Under the pieces are notes generated by a model that saw only the letters and a list, made by a program, of their open reading frames with translations, made no database searches and had not been told where the DNA came from. A stretch of DNA of 48,871 nucleotides from Atractiella rhizophila (taxonomy: Eukaryota): assembly GCA_021432655.1 (NCBI GenBank), contig MU271479.1, forward strand, positions 1-48,871, written 5' to 3'. The translations under genes were made by a program, and so were the position numbers. Shown piece by piece: positions 12,290-24,923 of this stretch. Each line of letters opens with the position of its first letter. Position 1 is the first letter of the stretch.

Positions 12290-13653
12290 ATGGAGTCGCC
12301 AGTGGAAGAAAAGAAAGAGGATCTGCCACAAGACAGCTCTCCCGCTCCAGCCTCAACAAATGCGAACGGTAGCGGCGGGAGGAGAGCGAGGGAGGAGGAC
12401 GAAACGCCGGATCCCGTTCTGGACCAAGCGGCAAAAAGGAGGAAGCTGAACGCGAACGAGGCGGAGAATAAAACCAGAGGGAAGAGGATGTTCGGTAAGC
12501 TCTCTCAATGAGTGACTACGTGGGCAGTTGATGAGATTTGGGTAAGGTGCCCTGATGGGGCATATTAATAAGTTCAAGAAGGAAGAAGAGAACAAAACGG
12601 AGGCCGTTCGTCCTGCCCTTTTCTATCGCTCAGGTAGTCCATTGATGAAGTGTTCACAGGCAAAAAAGAGATTGGCTCTGGAAGCTAAACTTGCAGAAAA
12701 GTTGAAAGCTGAGTCCGAAGAACTTGCTAAGAAGACGGCAAAGGAACAGGAGAGCAAAAACTTGCGAATGGCAGTTATCAAGAAGGAAGATGAGATCAGG
12801 AACTTGGATGGCATAGTACGTTTTTCACCTTTCATTATGCGCAATGGGTTTACCTTCTTGGGAATGGTAGTACTCGACCCGCGCCTCCACCAAGCTTGCT
12901 CTTTCCCAGTTTCTCTGCACTTCCTACACTCCCCCACCAACTGAGAGCTCCACTACTGACGGAGTTTCCCCTGCTCCTCATCCTACACTTCCTCATGCAC
13001 TAGCGCCGACACGTAGCCGAAACACTGCTCTCCCGGTGTATTATCTTCCTTATAAGCTAACGGCAGCACAGGAAGATTTCCTAGAGAATCAGAAGCGAGA
13101 GGTCCGAGACGAAGTCGAAGAGGAGCGTAAGAAGTGGAAGAATTTGAAGGAGGAGTTGGAGACCGATTTGGCCTCTTTGAAGGAGAGGAGGCAAGCAGAA
13201 CAAGACGATTTTGAAAGGGAACAGAGGGGAAAGAGACAAGAAGAGAGGAGGAGAGCGGAGGAGAGGAGAAACAGGGACGGTGATGATTCGAGAGGAAGAG
13301 CGAGATCTGGATCTGTCGATAGCAGGTCGCGAAATAGATCTGTTTCCAGGACGAGGTCTCGACGCTCCTACACTCGATCGAGGTCCAGGTCCAGGTCCAG
13401 GTCAAGGTCCAGATCCAGATCCAGATCCTACACTCCAGCCCGTTCTGCTGATCGGTCGCCGAGTCGAGCGAGAGAGAGGTCGGGCACGCCGGCGAGAAGC
13501 AAGAGGTCAAATTCGAAGGCTAGCTCACGCGCCTATTCACCTGACCTTGACGATAAGATGGATGTTGAGGCAAAAGAAGAAAGAGAAGAAGAGAAGAAAA
13601 GTTCGAAGGAGGACGATGGGGATGTCAAGATGGATGGTGAGAAGGAACCGTGA
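12290..13653 (+). CDS. Pinin/SDK/memA-family splicing-associated protein with RS domain
   Basis: KTRGKRMFG|ALMGHINKFKKE, YYLPYKLT..QE, coiled coil and RS-rich C-terminus; three GT-AG introns. Confidence 0.8.
13381..13428 (+). repeat. Coding hexamer repeat (AGGTCC/AGATCC) x8 encoding an RS dipeptide tract
   Basis: aggtccaggtccaggtccaggtcaaggtccagatccagatccagatcc. Confidence 0.9.
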
Positions 13654-14550
13654 TATCCATGTGAGTCCTATGCCTTTACGAGCAGTCTTTCACGCTAATA
13701 TGAAGTAAGGTGTTTCTTTCGAGATGGTGCTTTCGAATTGTTTTGTCTGCCCGAAATTCCTAATTGTGATTTCAGGCTGCTGAAAGGTTCGAAAAGTATT
13801 TCCATGAATGTCGACACCATGCCTTTATTCCCCTTCCCCTAATTTACTTTACTAATGACCTGATGTGATCATTGCTAAATTCATATTCACATTGAATATC
13901 TAGAAGCATGACTTGATTTTTTCTTTTGTGTTCTAACGACAACTCTAGCACCCCTGCCAAATAGCTCCGTGAGCTACTATTCGCATATCCGAATGTAGGA
14001 GGCTGACTCTTGTATTTAGACTCTTTGAATCTAGCTGTCCTTACGCATCATGAATTGTTTTTGCTCGTCCAAGTGCGTATTTATTTCATCACGTTCCCCT
14101 GTACTAATCCCAGATTAGGAAGGTGTACCTTTCTAGCTCGGCAAGGCTCAACTTCATATTCAAGGTAGCATTTAGAGTGTATGCCCATATTACGATAAGC
14201 CCAGCTATTGCTGACGGTTACAAACAGGCTTTGCCGCAGGAGGTGTGTAATGCCTCGTCACCACAGTTCCTCTCCTCTTATCGTCTCCACCAATTCCTTG
14301 TGATTTACTACAATATTCCACAATCGATTGCTTACTCCATCAACGCTCTGTCACCGCTCAAACACGAAAGAGACAGGCTTACACCAATGATAAAATGCAG
14401 GTGTTCGGTTGGCGGAACCGGTAACACGTGAGTGAGTTCAACATCTACGGTGAAGTTCCCGATACGAAAAACGACCAACTCGCAATTTTCCGCCACTGCT
14501 CCATCCCTTCCTCCGAACAGCCATCGCCCTCGTACACGTTTCTGCCGAGC

Positions 14551-14958
14551 ATGAGTAACGAGGAAAACAAGAAGGAACCCCTTCCGGAGGTCGAGGAGGA
14601 GAGCGACGAGGAAGTAGAAAAAGGAGGCGGTCTAGAGGAACTATTGAGAGATGTATGTATCCTCCCTTTCGGCCAGTATGAAGAGGTGCTGAAATCTGAT
14701 TGAAAGGATCTGAGCGACTTGTCTGACGACGAAGAATACGATGCGGATGCGGTAGACGAAGAGTTGAGCGAAGAAGAGGAGGAGGATGGGGAGGCGGAAG
14801 AGGAGGAGGAAGTTGAGGCCGACTTGCCTCCTGCGAAGAGAAGACGGCTGGACCCACCGACTGTCAATGAGAAAGATGAGGAGGTTGTGGTTACCAGTGA
14901 ATCTGAAACTAAAGCTACTAAAGGCAACGGGGTCGTGGGAGCTAACGGCAGCGGATAA
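14551..14958 (+). CDS. Small acidic protein (~117 aa) with NLS, possible histone chaperone; intron 14653-14706
   Basis: MSNEENKKEPLPEVEEESDEEVEKGGGLEELLRD|DLSDLSDDEEYDAD...PPAKRRRL; in-frame GTATGT..AAG intron. Confidence 0.7.
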
Positions 14959-15269
14959 AAAGGCAAGCATTATGCTTTCTTAGGTCGTAACAAGAGGGTA
15001 TTTGGTGGTGTTTTATTGATGTTTTCTGCCTGAGTGATTGTTTTGCATAGGTTCTGTGGTGTTCTGTCTTTAAGTTCTTCTATTCCCCTTGTTGCGCCAA
15101 ATAAATCGCGAACTTTATTATGTGAACGCAGCCACCCAACAAGTCTTCTTGCGCTTCTTGACAGAAGTAGGTATCGATCTAAGCACGAATACAGGCATGC
15201 AATTTGCAAGTTGCAAACCTCGAAGGCAATCATACACTGTTCTTAAAATTACAGATATAATGGAGCAGG

Positions 15270-16586
15270 CTACTTTCTCAGTCTCGATTTTGAGGACGCA
15301 TAGTTCTTCTCAGCTTCCTTCCATTTCGCAACATAACCTTCAAAAATCCACCAGCCCGCGAGAGGGCGCAGAGTATCAGACATCGCCTTTGTTCCCACCA
15401 AACCGGAAACCATAGTTGTCTCGAATTCCTCTCCGTTGTCGATCAGTCTGACAGGCACGCTAGCAAACGACCTTGAAACTGAACTTTGGGGCATGCTGGG
15501 GTAACAAATGCCGTCAAGTTCGAGAGCACCATTCTTGGGATTCGCTTTGGGAGACTTAAACTGTTGTTTGCCGTCTTTGTCCCAAAACGAGAAAGCGGTA
15601 ATCCAGCCTGGTGTTGGGGTTATTTGATTAAACTAGAGCAATGGGGAACTTGTGCCTACCGGAATAGGTAGGTTGATGACTTCCCAACGGGCCAGCAGAA
15701 TAGATTCGGTTCCAGAAATCCTTATTCTCTTCTCCTTCAGGGTCTTCAAAAGCGTTGACGAAGCGTCTGAGAATTGGCTTCAAACATTTAGCGAATTGAA
15801 TCGGTTCCTCCCCAAACTCGTCGAATCTATCGAGTTTGGCTAGAAGAACCTCCCAGTCCTCCTTGCTTCCTTCCAACGTCACCTCCGGGAGTCCACATCG
15901 TAGAACAAATGTATACGTAAAGTAAGACTGTAGTGTCGACATCATGAGCACGGCAGAGACAACCGTGTCGTTTTCGGTCGTTGTTGAGAAGGAAGGGAGG
16001 ATCCAAGACTTCAAGGTGGGGTCCACAATATTTGCCTCGATCTCAGAAGTCATCTTTCGCGCCATTACCCCAAAGTCAACCGTATAGCGCGTACCATCTT
16101 CGACCACCACCAGTTCCTTCTGACCTTGGTGAGACACGAAGTGATTTCGAAGATTTTCCGAGTTGGCATTGATGAAGAGGTTAAATTGAGATAGAATCGT
16201 GATCCTGCTCTGATTACTGCGTTGCCATTCTTAGAGTGAACTTGAAAAGAGGGCATACCAGACATCGTCAGGTCTAATCACAACCTTATGATGGCGGTTG
16301 TACGCCAGGACAAGTGTATCCTGCAATGCACGATCCTTGAGAATCATCAAGTATAAAAGGGAGACAGTAGCATTACCACAAATCCATTTGTCTGAGGCAG
16401 AACAACTCCATTTCGATAATCAAGAGGTGAAACGGAACATTGAAAGATCTCCGGGACCACCACCTTAGAAGCATGAGGAAGTTCGCTGAACTGCGTTTCT
16501 TGCAAATGTTCAAGCGGATTAGAAACGGAACAATGGCAGTCTACCTGCTCGACGGTCTTAGAGCAAGGCTTGAAACTAATGGGCAT
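15270..16586 (-). CDS. DUF4419 domain protein
   Basis: YNRHHKVVIRPDD, WILPSFSTTTENDTVV, LRCGLPEVTLEGSKEDW, SG|WITAF and LRPLAGWWIF match DUF4419 motifs. Confidence 0.85.
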
Positions 16587-16900
16587 TATGGATAACACTG
16601 AAGCTTCGACGAAAATGACAAGGACAGTGACAGTAACTATGAGTCACTATTTCAGTTGGTCTTTTTGCGAATGCCCTGCTTCTCTCTTATTCTGATTGAC
16701 GTCCATCCTCCAATAGAGAATTATGTTGTCAATTTTGTGGCCCATGGAGCATGTTACCCATCAATATTCCCAGCATGCAATGCTCCTCAGAACAAACAGG
16801 ACTTTTGATGAAACTATATTATTCCTTGCAAGGTAGTGCAAATTGTAATCTAGTTGGTGTTTGTTGAAAAGAGTGTGGAACGAGCCTTATTGCCCCTCGT

Positions 16901-17399
16901 CTAAAAACCACCGGTGGGGAAGTATTGCTGATAAGGCAAGACGGTAGTCTTCTTCTTGTCCCACTGTATCAAAGGCATGCAAGTATCAGCCTGAGGAGTC
17001 TTCAACGCAAGGTAAGGTAACATACGACGTTTCCGGTCCAATAAGAGTTGTCTGTAACCGTTTTCCAGGCTCCCTCGATATCTTCGGTCTCGACCGCGAA
17101 GAACGAAGCGTAAAACTTGTCCGTCAAGTTAGGATTGGTCAAGCTTTCTTTGAGAAGAACGGGTCCTCCAGTTACTGGTACCATAATCAATGAGCAGGGG
17201 CCCTCTTCAGAAAGAGGAGAGACTTACACAGGATTCCGTCTTTCTCAAGCTGCAAAGCATGCGCCAGATGAGCTTCCTGGGCATCGAGACGACGTTGGTA
17301 GACTCCAGAATCACTCTGCTTGATGGCGTAGATGAAGAACTGAGCCGCAGAAGCGACGGAGAGCAAAGAGAGGACCGGAACGATGGCGGAGACTTTCAT
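16901..17399 (-). CDS. YCII-related domain protein with N-terminal signal peptide
   Basis: MKVSAIVPVLSLLSVASA; RRLDAQEAHL; GGPVL; DNSYWTGNV|WDKKK (YCII-type D-x-Y...VWD); two introns. Confidence 0.7.
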
Positions 17400-19210
17400 C
17401 TTGAATATCAGGTCTATACTGCTTGAGGATGAGAGTGTACAGGATTTGATGAGGGAAGTGTCCATTTCTGCAGTCATTTTATACGTGTACGGAAGCCACG
17501 TCCATCACATAGCTCGGGTAAAACTCTCTAGCTCATACGAGCGAGCAAAGGCACCTTGTGATAGCACAGTGCACGCCGCTTGAGACATTCGGAGTTACCA
17601 AATAGGTCGGTTGACGGAGTAGGTAATGAGGTAGCGTAGACTTCGGTCCGTCCAAGAAAGGACGTTCAGAATTTCTTGGCTTCACTTTTCGTCAGCACAC
17701 ACCAGCCGAGGCATCGTCGCTGCTAGGCAAGTCCGTCAACCACGGTGGGAGTTGACTAGTCAGCTCTTTCCACGAATGTTGCCAAGCGCTAGCAACCACG
17801 GTGATTTTGAATTCACCTGTGTTCATCCTATTGGCGATGTTGAAGTTTTAAGGAACGTTTTGCCGTCATTAAAGTGAAAAGTGGAGGTACAAATATAGAG
17901 GACAAGGTTTTAACACAGTGAGATGGTAAAGATATTGTATCCTCATTCTTCCAGGAGTCGATGTCGGTTGGCCCTGGAGCGGTGAAGCATCCAGCACATC
18001 AGTTTGTCCGTGTGCAGGGCTCCGAGATTCCAGTCTGGACATTATCCAAGTTTCCTTATGCCCTATCCGCCAACTGAAAAAATGCACGATTCGACTCCAG
18101 TTCGTAGGATTTCCGTGCTGGAGATTTGACTAAAACTTGAAAATAGTTCTATTCGCGACCATCGCCCTCGCTCTACTCTCATGAAATGATGAAGGCGATC
18201 GCTAACTCCTTTCCTTTTGTATTGTTCATGAGTTATCGCAGAAACAAAGGAGGCGTAACCTAGACAAACCAAGCTGGTAACTAGCGACATCTATGTTGTT
18301 ACTGTGCATCTCTTCCGCTAAAACATTTCCTCTCCACATGTTAATTGTAGGTCCTTAAATCTCCTCTTTTTGAGCATGGACACTTCGCCGTCATATATTT
18401 TAGCTCGGGATGCAGCGGTTCACAACAAACATCCCTCCTCTCTCAACCCCATTGAACACAGTCAGGAATTAGGACTTGATCTTGCTCGCGAAAGATGTGA
18501 CGGTTGGAAGAAAGTGGACAGAATCGTAAGGGATCCTCTCTCGTCTTCTTCTTAATTGCACAACGTCGACACTTTTTCTTGTCAAAGCACGCTGCCTTTG
18601 CTTGCTTGAAGAGTGTCAAGCTCTCTTTTGATAAAGGAGGAAATATAATCTCGATGAGTTTAAAACTAAGATAAATGAGCTAGAGGCTTCTGTCTCTACA
18701 AGGAAAGAAGTTGTCCTCGAGTGGGAGGTTAGGTGAAAGAAGAAACAGTTGCTGATGAACACAAACCGAAGCGAACGCGAAGTGAGATTTCGAAATGGTC
18801 TTCACGTTCACGAAAGCGAGCGGAAACTCTAAAGCTCCGCTGCGGTACGTGCCTTGGAAAAGGACCACAATCCCCTGCCTCCATCATTTTGGCTCTGCTC
18901 CTCATTCGCAACATCCTAGTAACTCCCATTTGGCGTCTGGAGAAGTCGAAGCGTAGAAGTCAGGGGAATTGGAAGGTCACGATGCCTATAGGGGCTATCG
19001 AGCTATCAGGTGAGCAGGCATATAAGCAGATAGCAGCAATAACTCAGTAATTCTTTGTCCAGCTTTGTTGGTGTTAAGCTTTAGGCGGTCCGAACGCGGC
19101 GATGTGGTCACGTTCACGTGAGTCAAAGTTAGGGGTTGAGCTTTGCGATGAGCCACTTCGAGCAACCAAAGCAGAAGTGTTGGAAGAGCTGAAATCGAAG
19201 GCTGCAAGAC

Positions 19211-20707
19211 ATGGGAAGAGCTATCGCTGCTGAGCACGTCACTAGGTGGTACAAAGGCGCGCCATTCGGAGTTCTCCCTCAGCTCATAACAAGCTGATTT
19301 TTTTTGCAGACCAGCCAGATGTGAAAGGGTTTTGGGGAGAGCCGTAGGTTGTCTCTCTACACTCGGTAGGGGAATCTCAGAGCTGCTTCGCAAAGGTCCG
19401 CGACGCTAGATTGGTCAGTATCCTTATTATAGTCTGTAATATCCAGTCGGCTAACACGGCGTTCTCATCGGCAGGTGCGAAGTACTGTTTCTTGCTCGCC
19501 CTGCTCTTGGCTCCCTGACTGATAGCATACCAGTCAAACTACGCCGTCTCACACTACGTCGCCGAATTCTTTAACACATTCTCTAACCTGTTCTTCATCT
19601 ACCTCTCACTTGCCGGCATTCTCCGCTCCTACTCTCAGGGGCTTACTTTCTCCCTCCAACTTGCGCACGGCGTGATTGGGCTAGTTGGACTTGGAAGTTT
19701 CTTTTTCCACGCAACTCTGAGCTATGAGTGGCAGCTGGCGGATGAGCTTCCCATGGTCTTTGCTGCTTCGTTTGTCCTCCATCTCTCTCCGATACCGTCA
19801 GCTTACGCAGAGGAATTACAGAACTGGTACGACAAAGTTCGACGAATACCACCATTCTGAAAGTTTCCATAGTTCTATACATTGTTCTCGCCCTGCCCAA
19901 AGATTCCCGTACACCCGTCCAGCTTCTGTTGATACGGACCATCCTGCCCCTATTCGCGATCACGCTCTCGGTAGTCTACGCCGGCTACTACCCGAATCCC
20001 GTTGGTCTTGCTCTCCCCCCTGCTACGAGTTCCCATGCACGAAGCTGACAACGGCAATTGCGGCGGTGAAATAGGTGCTCCACCAAGTCGGCTATGGTCT
20101 AGTACAGACCGCCCTCACTGCGCGCGCAGGTTATGTAGCACGATCTTCCTGGGGTAAAGAAAGGGTGGATGAAGTGAAGCTGAGCCAAATAAAGAGGCTC
20201 TTTAGGGACGGAATCGCAATCTTCGTTTGTCCCCTTCTCCACAACTCACTACACCTATCCTGAATACGGCTACGATCAGCTTCTTGGATTTGCGGTGTGG
20301 AATGTAGATAATTTGTTTTGCGATGAGATTACGAAGCTGAAGAAAGCTGCTGGTCCGCCCCTTGCTTGGCTTCTCGAGGGTTCGTTACGTTCTCTTTCCC
20401 CAGTTGAAGACTTTACTCATGAAAATTTGCACAGGCCACGCTTGGTGGCATATCTTCACAGGTAGGTCTCGTCTCTTTCAACGATGGAGCACAAATTGAG
20501 GCGTAATTTGAACAGGCTATGGCTCCTTTCTCTCTGTTGTTGGAATCCAATATCTCGTGTGTTTTCTTTCTCTCTTTGCTCAAACCAGCAAGTTGAACAA
20601 GCTTCATTCAGGCATGCTGTATTAACGAAGGACAAGATCGATTCACGCTCAGAGGCAACTGGTTCCCGTGGGTTGAGCGATTGGATGCAAGGGAAAAGAA
20701 GGAGTAG
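19211..20707 (+). CDS. Alkaline ceramidase (YPC1/YDC1/ACER3 family); start codon uncertain
   Basis: GFWGEP|SATLDW|CE|SNYAVSHYVAEFFNTFSN, GLGSFFFHATLSYEWQLADELPM, WNVDNLFC, LEG|HAWWHIFTG. Confidence 0.9.
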
Positions 20708-20975
20708 ATGTCAAAGTCTAGACTGCAGACGGAACATACAGCTAGACCTTTCCATGTGAGTTTTATGCATATACCCTGTGAGTTTTGTGGATGTAGCTGG
20801 CCAGAAAGATTGAGGTGCACGCAAGAAATTCAATGGATTTCCACACAAAGCATCTCGAGAATCGACTCCTATTAAAACAACGACGGGTCGGAACCCAGAA
20901 AAGTTGAATCGCAAGTGGAAAGAGAAACAACAATCGTGAAACAAATCAGCACAACATGTTCTCTGGTTTTGAATG

Positions 20976-23900
20976 TCAGCCCAGTGGTTCCGTCTCCTCC
21001 ATCACCACCGGTAATTTTGCAAGTTCCTTCCCCTTCTGCTTCTTCTTCTTCGACGTGTTCGCCTCTGCTTTCAAAGTTGCAACTCTCGTCTTCTTCAGTT
21101 TCGCACCCGCTTTCGGCTCTGGTTTCTTCTTGATGGGAATCTTCCCACCAGGCGGCACCTTGGCCCTGAACAATCTCGCCTTGCCGACCAGGGTCTGATC
21201 GTCCTCTTTCAACACCTTCTCGGTCTTCAACCGCTCACGGAAGATGGACTGCAGCGGTCCGATCTGGCTCGATATTGCTTTTTCGTCCAGAGGAACGAAC
21301 GGAGGAGGCTTTCGGAATCGAATCCGCGAGTGAGGATGCGCGCGGAGGTCGTTCGAATCTTTGTCTGCCCTCTTTCCATCGCCTCTGAAGAGGGAGACGG
21401 GAATGTCAAGTCGCATCTTCCCACCCAAGTCTGTGTCGAGCCCCAAGTCGCCAATGCCAAAGAAATCTTCGCCGAGATCGTACATGAAGTCGCCGGTGAT
21501 CAGAGCCTCCCCGTCACGACTGAAGAAACGGTCGTCACCAATTACTTGAGCAGCTTCGTAACCGGAGAGAAGTTGAGTTGAGGCTTTCTCGAGCTTCGCT
21601 TGAGTGTCCTTCAGTTTAACACCGTACCTTTCGATGTCGTCCTTGACGTATTGCTGTAAGCTCGCTGGAGCAACCCCATTGTGGCGACAGGTGTGGAGTA
21701 GGATATCCTGCAGTAAGAAATCAAAGATTGTCCTATCCGACGAATGGAACACACCTCATCCGTCATCCTTCCCCCGTAGCGGTCGACATAAAGCTTCATT
21801 GTTTGCCCAATATTGTTCATGTAGTCAGCGGTCATACTACATACAACATCGATAGCCATCTTGTTTGCGGCTGCAAGATACGTCAGTTTGAATGCGTCAG
21901 AAGGGAGAACATACCATCAAATCCAGCGTGCTGGCATAATCGAGCGATAACTTGCTGGATGGCAAGCTTTCCCGCCTGATCTGCTATCGAAGATGAGAAC
22001 GCTTCGGGAGGGATTTCGAGATCAGGCTCATCCTCGGTCGGGGGATCCTTCTTTGTGAGATGACGGGGATCGTGCTATTCATCTACACTCAGCTAGTTTC
22101 ACCTCAAGTGAAAGTGAAAGATTACAGTGGCTTTGAACATCCCAATCTTATTATGTAGTTTGCGTATGCGATCCAGAGTGGCGATGTTGCTCTGCATCTT
22201 CTTCAGTAACCCACCCGTTTCATCTTGCAACTCTCTTCCCTCTCTCTGTATCCGTTCTCGTCTTTCCTCCTCCTCAGCTTCCTCATCCACCGCACAGTCT
22301 CGAAACGGAACACCGGGTATCCCACTCCGGGCCAGAAGATCGAGATTTGTCGTCAGCCACCAGGCAGACGGAGGAAAGGACTGAAGTTGAGGAAGGTCAG
22401 CGAAGATATCCGGAGGTTCGTTCGTGGCCCAGATGTTATGAGAGGGAAACGAAGAGGCGACATCTTTTGGAGTGGGCATGTCGCGGCTCGTAGTCGCTTT
22501 TGTCGAATCCGAATCGTGCCCCAAGCTGAGGTGAGAGAGAGGAGGCGACATGGAAGCTGAGGATGCAGAGTGAGGAGGTGCAGCACGTGTATCCTTCTTA
22601 TCAGCTGCTTGATGATCGAACTTGCGCTTGGTTGGGATGGACATCAGCTTCGATATGACAGTGCTCCGCAACTTTTGAGATGCAATCTCGGAGTCTTCGT
22701 CTTTCTTCTTCCCTTTCGAACTGGGCAGAATAGAAGAACTGTTCAGTCGAAACCGCTTGTTGTTTTCCATGCACATGAAAGCTGCCATCCCATCAGCCAA
22801 CCGTTCAAAGGCAGGCCATTCCGCGAATCCTTCTAAAACGTGATCCTCACTGGGGCGGACATGGAAGGGTCTTTTATTCAGGGGAAGACGCCGCGCTCGC
22901 TCACGCTCCTTCCTATCTTCCTCTTCCACCTTCCTCCCATTCTCCAATGCTTCGGCAACTTCAAAGTCTTCTGGTCCCTTCTTTCCTCGCTCATCTCCCA
23001 CCTCCATCTCGTCATCAGTCAAGATGATCTTCCTCTTCCCATCCCCTTCTCCAAAGCTTCCCGATTTCCGCTTCTTCGATGGAGGCATCTCATCATCTTC
23101 CTCATCATCGTCCTCAATGACCCGCTTCCTTTTGACAAAAAGGGTACGTTCGTCGTCCTTGTCTGGCATCCATCTCGTCATCAGTCAAGATGATCTTCCT
23201 CTTCCCATCCCCTTCTCCAAAGCTTCCCGATTTCCGCTTCTTCGATGGAGGCATCTCATCATCTTCCTCATCATCGTCCTCAATGACCCGCTTCCTTTTG
23301 ACAAAAAGGGTACGTTCGTCGTCCTTGTCTGGCGGCCTGACAGGTGCATTTAAGGGTTGTGGAGGTAAGGCGGGTTGATATTTCTTCTTTTTTGGTCGTG
23401 ACTCGGCATTGTGCAGGACGGGAAGTTTTGGTTCTTCAACAAAGTCAAGGAGCTGGTTACACTTTGCCCGGAGAGTATTAGCGACTTTCCGTAGCGGATG
23501 CGACTGTAGAGGCATGAGTGACGGTATGAAGTATTATCGCATAGAAGACTCACAGGCAACGTGTTGTATCTCAGACAGTTCTCCCACACTAAATCAAGTT
23601 CTTCAGCAAATTCCTTCTTGGTCTTGTAGTACGCATGAGTGAAAGGGTTGCCATTCGGGAGTGTCATCGTTCTCATCGCCAAGAGCTCTCGTTCCCGCGC
23701 TCGATGATCCTCTTGATACTGTTTGTACGCTTTCGATTTATGATGAGGCTTCCCAGCTTTAGCTTCTGCGTCTTTCGCCATCGCCAAATTGTCACGGTAG
23801 CTCTGGACTCGTTTCAGAATCTGGCCTAAGTCAATTGGGTTATGGATGACTGGATTATGGACAAATATGGTCAGAGGAGTCATTTGAGGGGAATTAAAGG

Positions 23901-24415
23901 GACAAGTCGTACTTTTGTAGTAATCAGCAGCTTCTGCCTTTTTCACCTTGTTCAGAAATGGAGTTGCCAGCTCATGGCTCCGAATTTCGTTCACGATACG
24001 CTCGAGCGTTTTGTAGAAATCTTCCCAAGCTCTATGTTGCGCAGAGTTGTGCTCCATCTCTGTGAGAGAAACGAATGAAGCAAGATTGGGATCCATCTAC
24101 CGTCTCCAGTTAGCGGTGATTGAATAAACACCCGGAAGCCTCTCACCCAGCTTGTTGTAGCTTCCACGGCAAGAGCCTTGAGCTCTGCTTCCCTCTCCAG
24201 TGATATTTTGGTAGTAGCTGGAGTGCGGAGCTCGCCATTAGTGGCCCGATTACTCGTGTGACAACGACCCAGATTCAACGCAGTCCCATTAGGTTGTGCC
24301 GAAGTAGAGGTATGAGAGCTGGTTGAAGCGGAAGCATTGCTGATCAAGTCGAAGAGGTACTACAGTAGCCATCGGCACCCAAATTCACACAGGACAGAAA
24401 GACACACACCTTCAT
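20976..24415 (-). CDS. SPT7: SAGA subunit Spt7 (bromodomain plus C-terminal histone fold); frameshifted in this sequence by a tandem duplication
   Basis: Bromodomain PFLNKVKKAEAADYY..IDLG..EFAEELDLVWENCLRYN. C-terminal LCQHAGFD, ADYMNNIGQTMKLYVD, YVKDDIERYGVKL, GEDFFGIGDLGLD, FRKPPPFVPL. Confidence 0.88.
23003..23333. repeat. Perfect tandem duplication: 165 bp x2, period 166 (23003-23167 / 23169-23333)
   Basis: Both copies read identically from tccatctcgtcatc to ccttgtctggc. Confidence 0.95.
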
Positions 24416-24923
24416 GGTTAATGCAAGCAAGTTCAGTCTTTCCCTGATCGTAATTCAACCCTTGGAAAGACAAAGACGCCGCGCAGACAAGTCGTCCCAA
24501 GTCGAATAACTTTCACCGGTTCTTTTGAGAAAACCGCCGGAGATGAAGTGGGGGAAGGTGCAGGACGTAAAAGCAACGATCCTAGAGCTATCCTATCCGT
24601 CTTTTGCCTGGTTTAGCCCAGCGTTTGGTGGTTTGGTTTACTCGTTAACGTGTGGAGGAAGGCTCAAACCTGGAACCTTATTTCTATTTCATGAGTCAGC
24701 AAGTCAGGTGTTGTTCAATGTGGCTGCTGGCTGGGTACGACCACTTCCAACTGCCCAGACAGCTCTGAGCTACAGAAATTTGTCACATAACTCAGTAAGC
24801 CCTGAGTAGTTCAACTATAATGAGCAGAAGGATCTTGATTGAACGATATTGACAGATTTACAGCGTTTCTCGAGCTCACACGACCCCTCAGCAACCCGAG
24901 CAGCTTATCCATCGAAAAGCATC

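Noticed and set aside
18063..18290. 75-aa ORF with a hydrophobic N-terminus as a small secreted protein
   Set aside because: Weak signal peptide and no supporting splice pattern or motif.
19211..20707. Functional link between the NLPs (sphingolipid binders) and the nearby ceramidase
   Set aside because: They are 9 kb apart with unrelated housekeeping genes between; nothing indicates a cluster.
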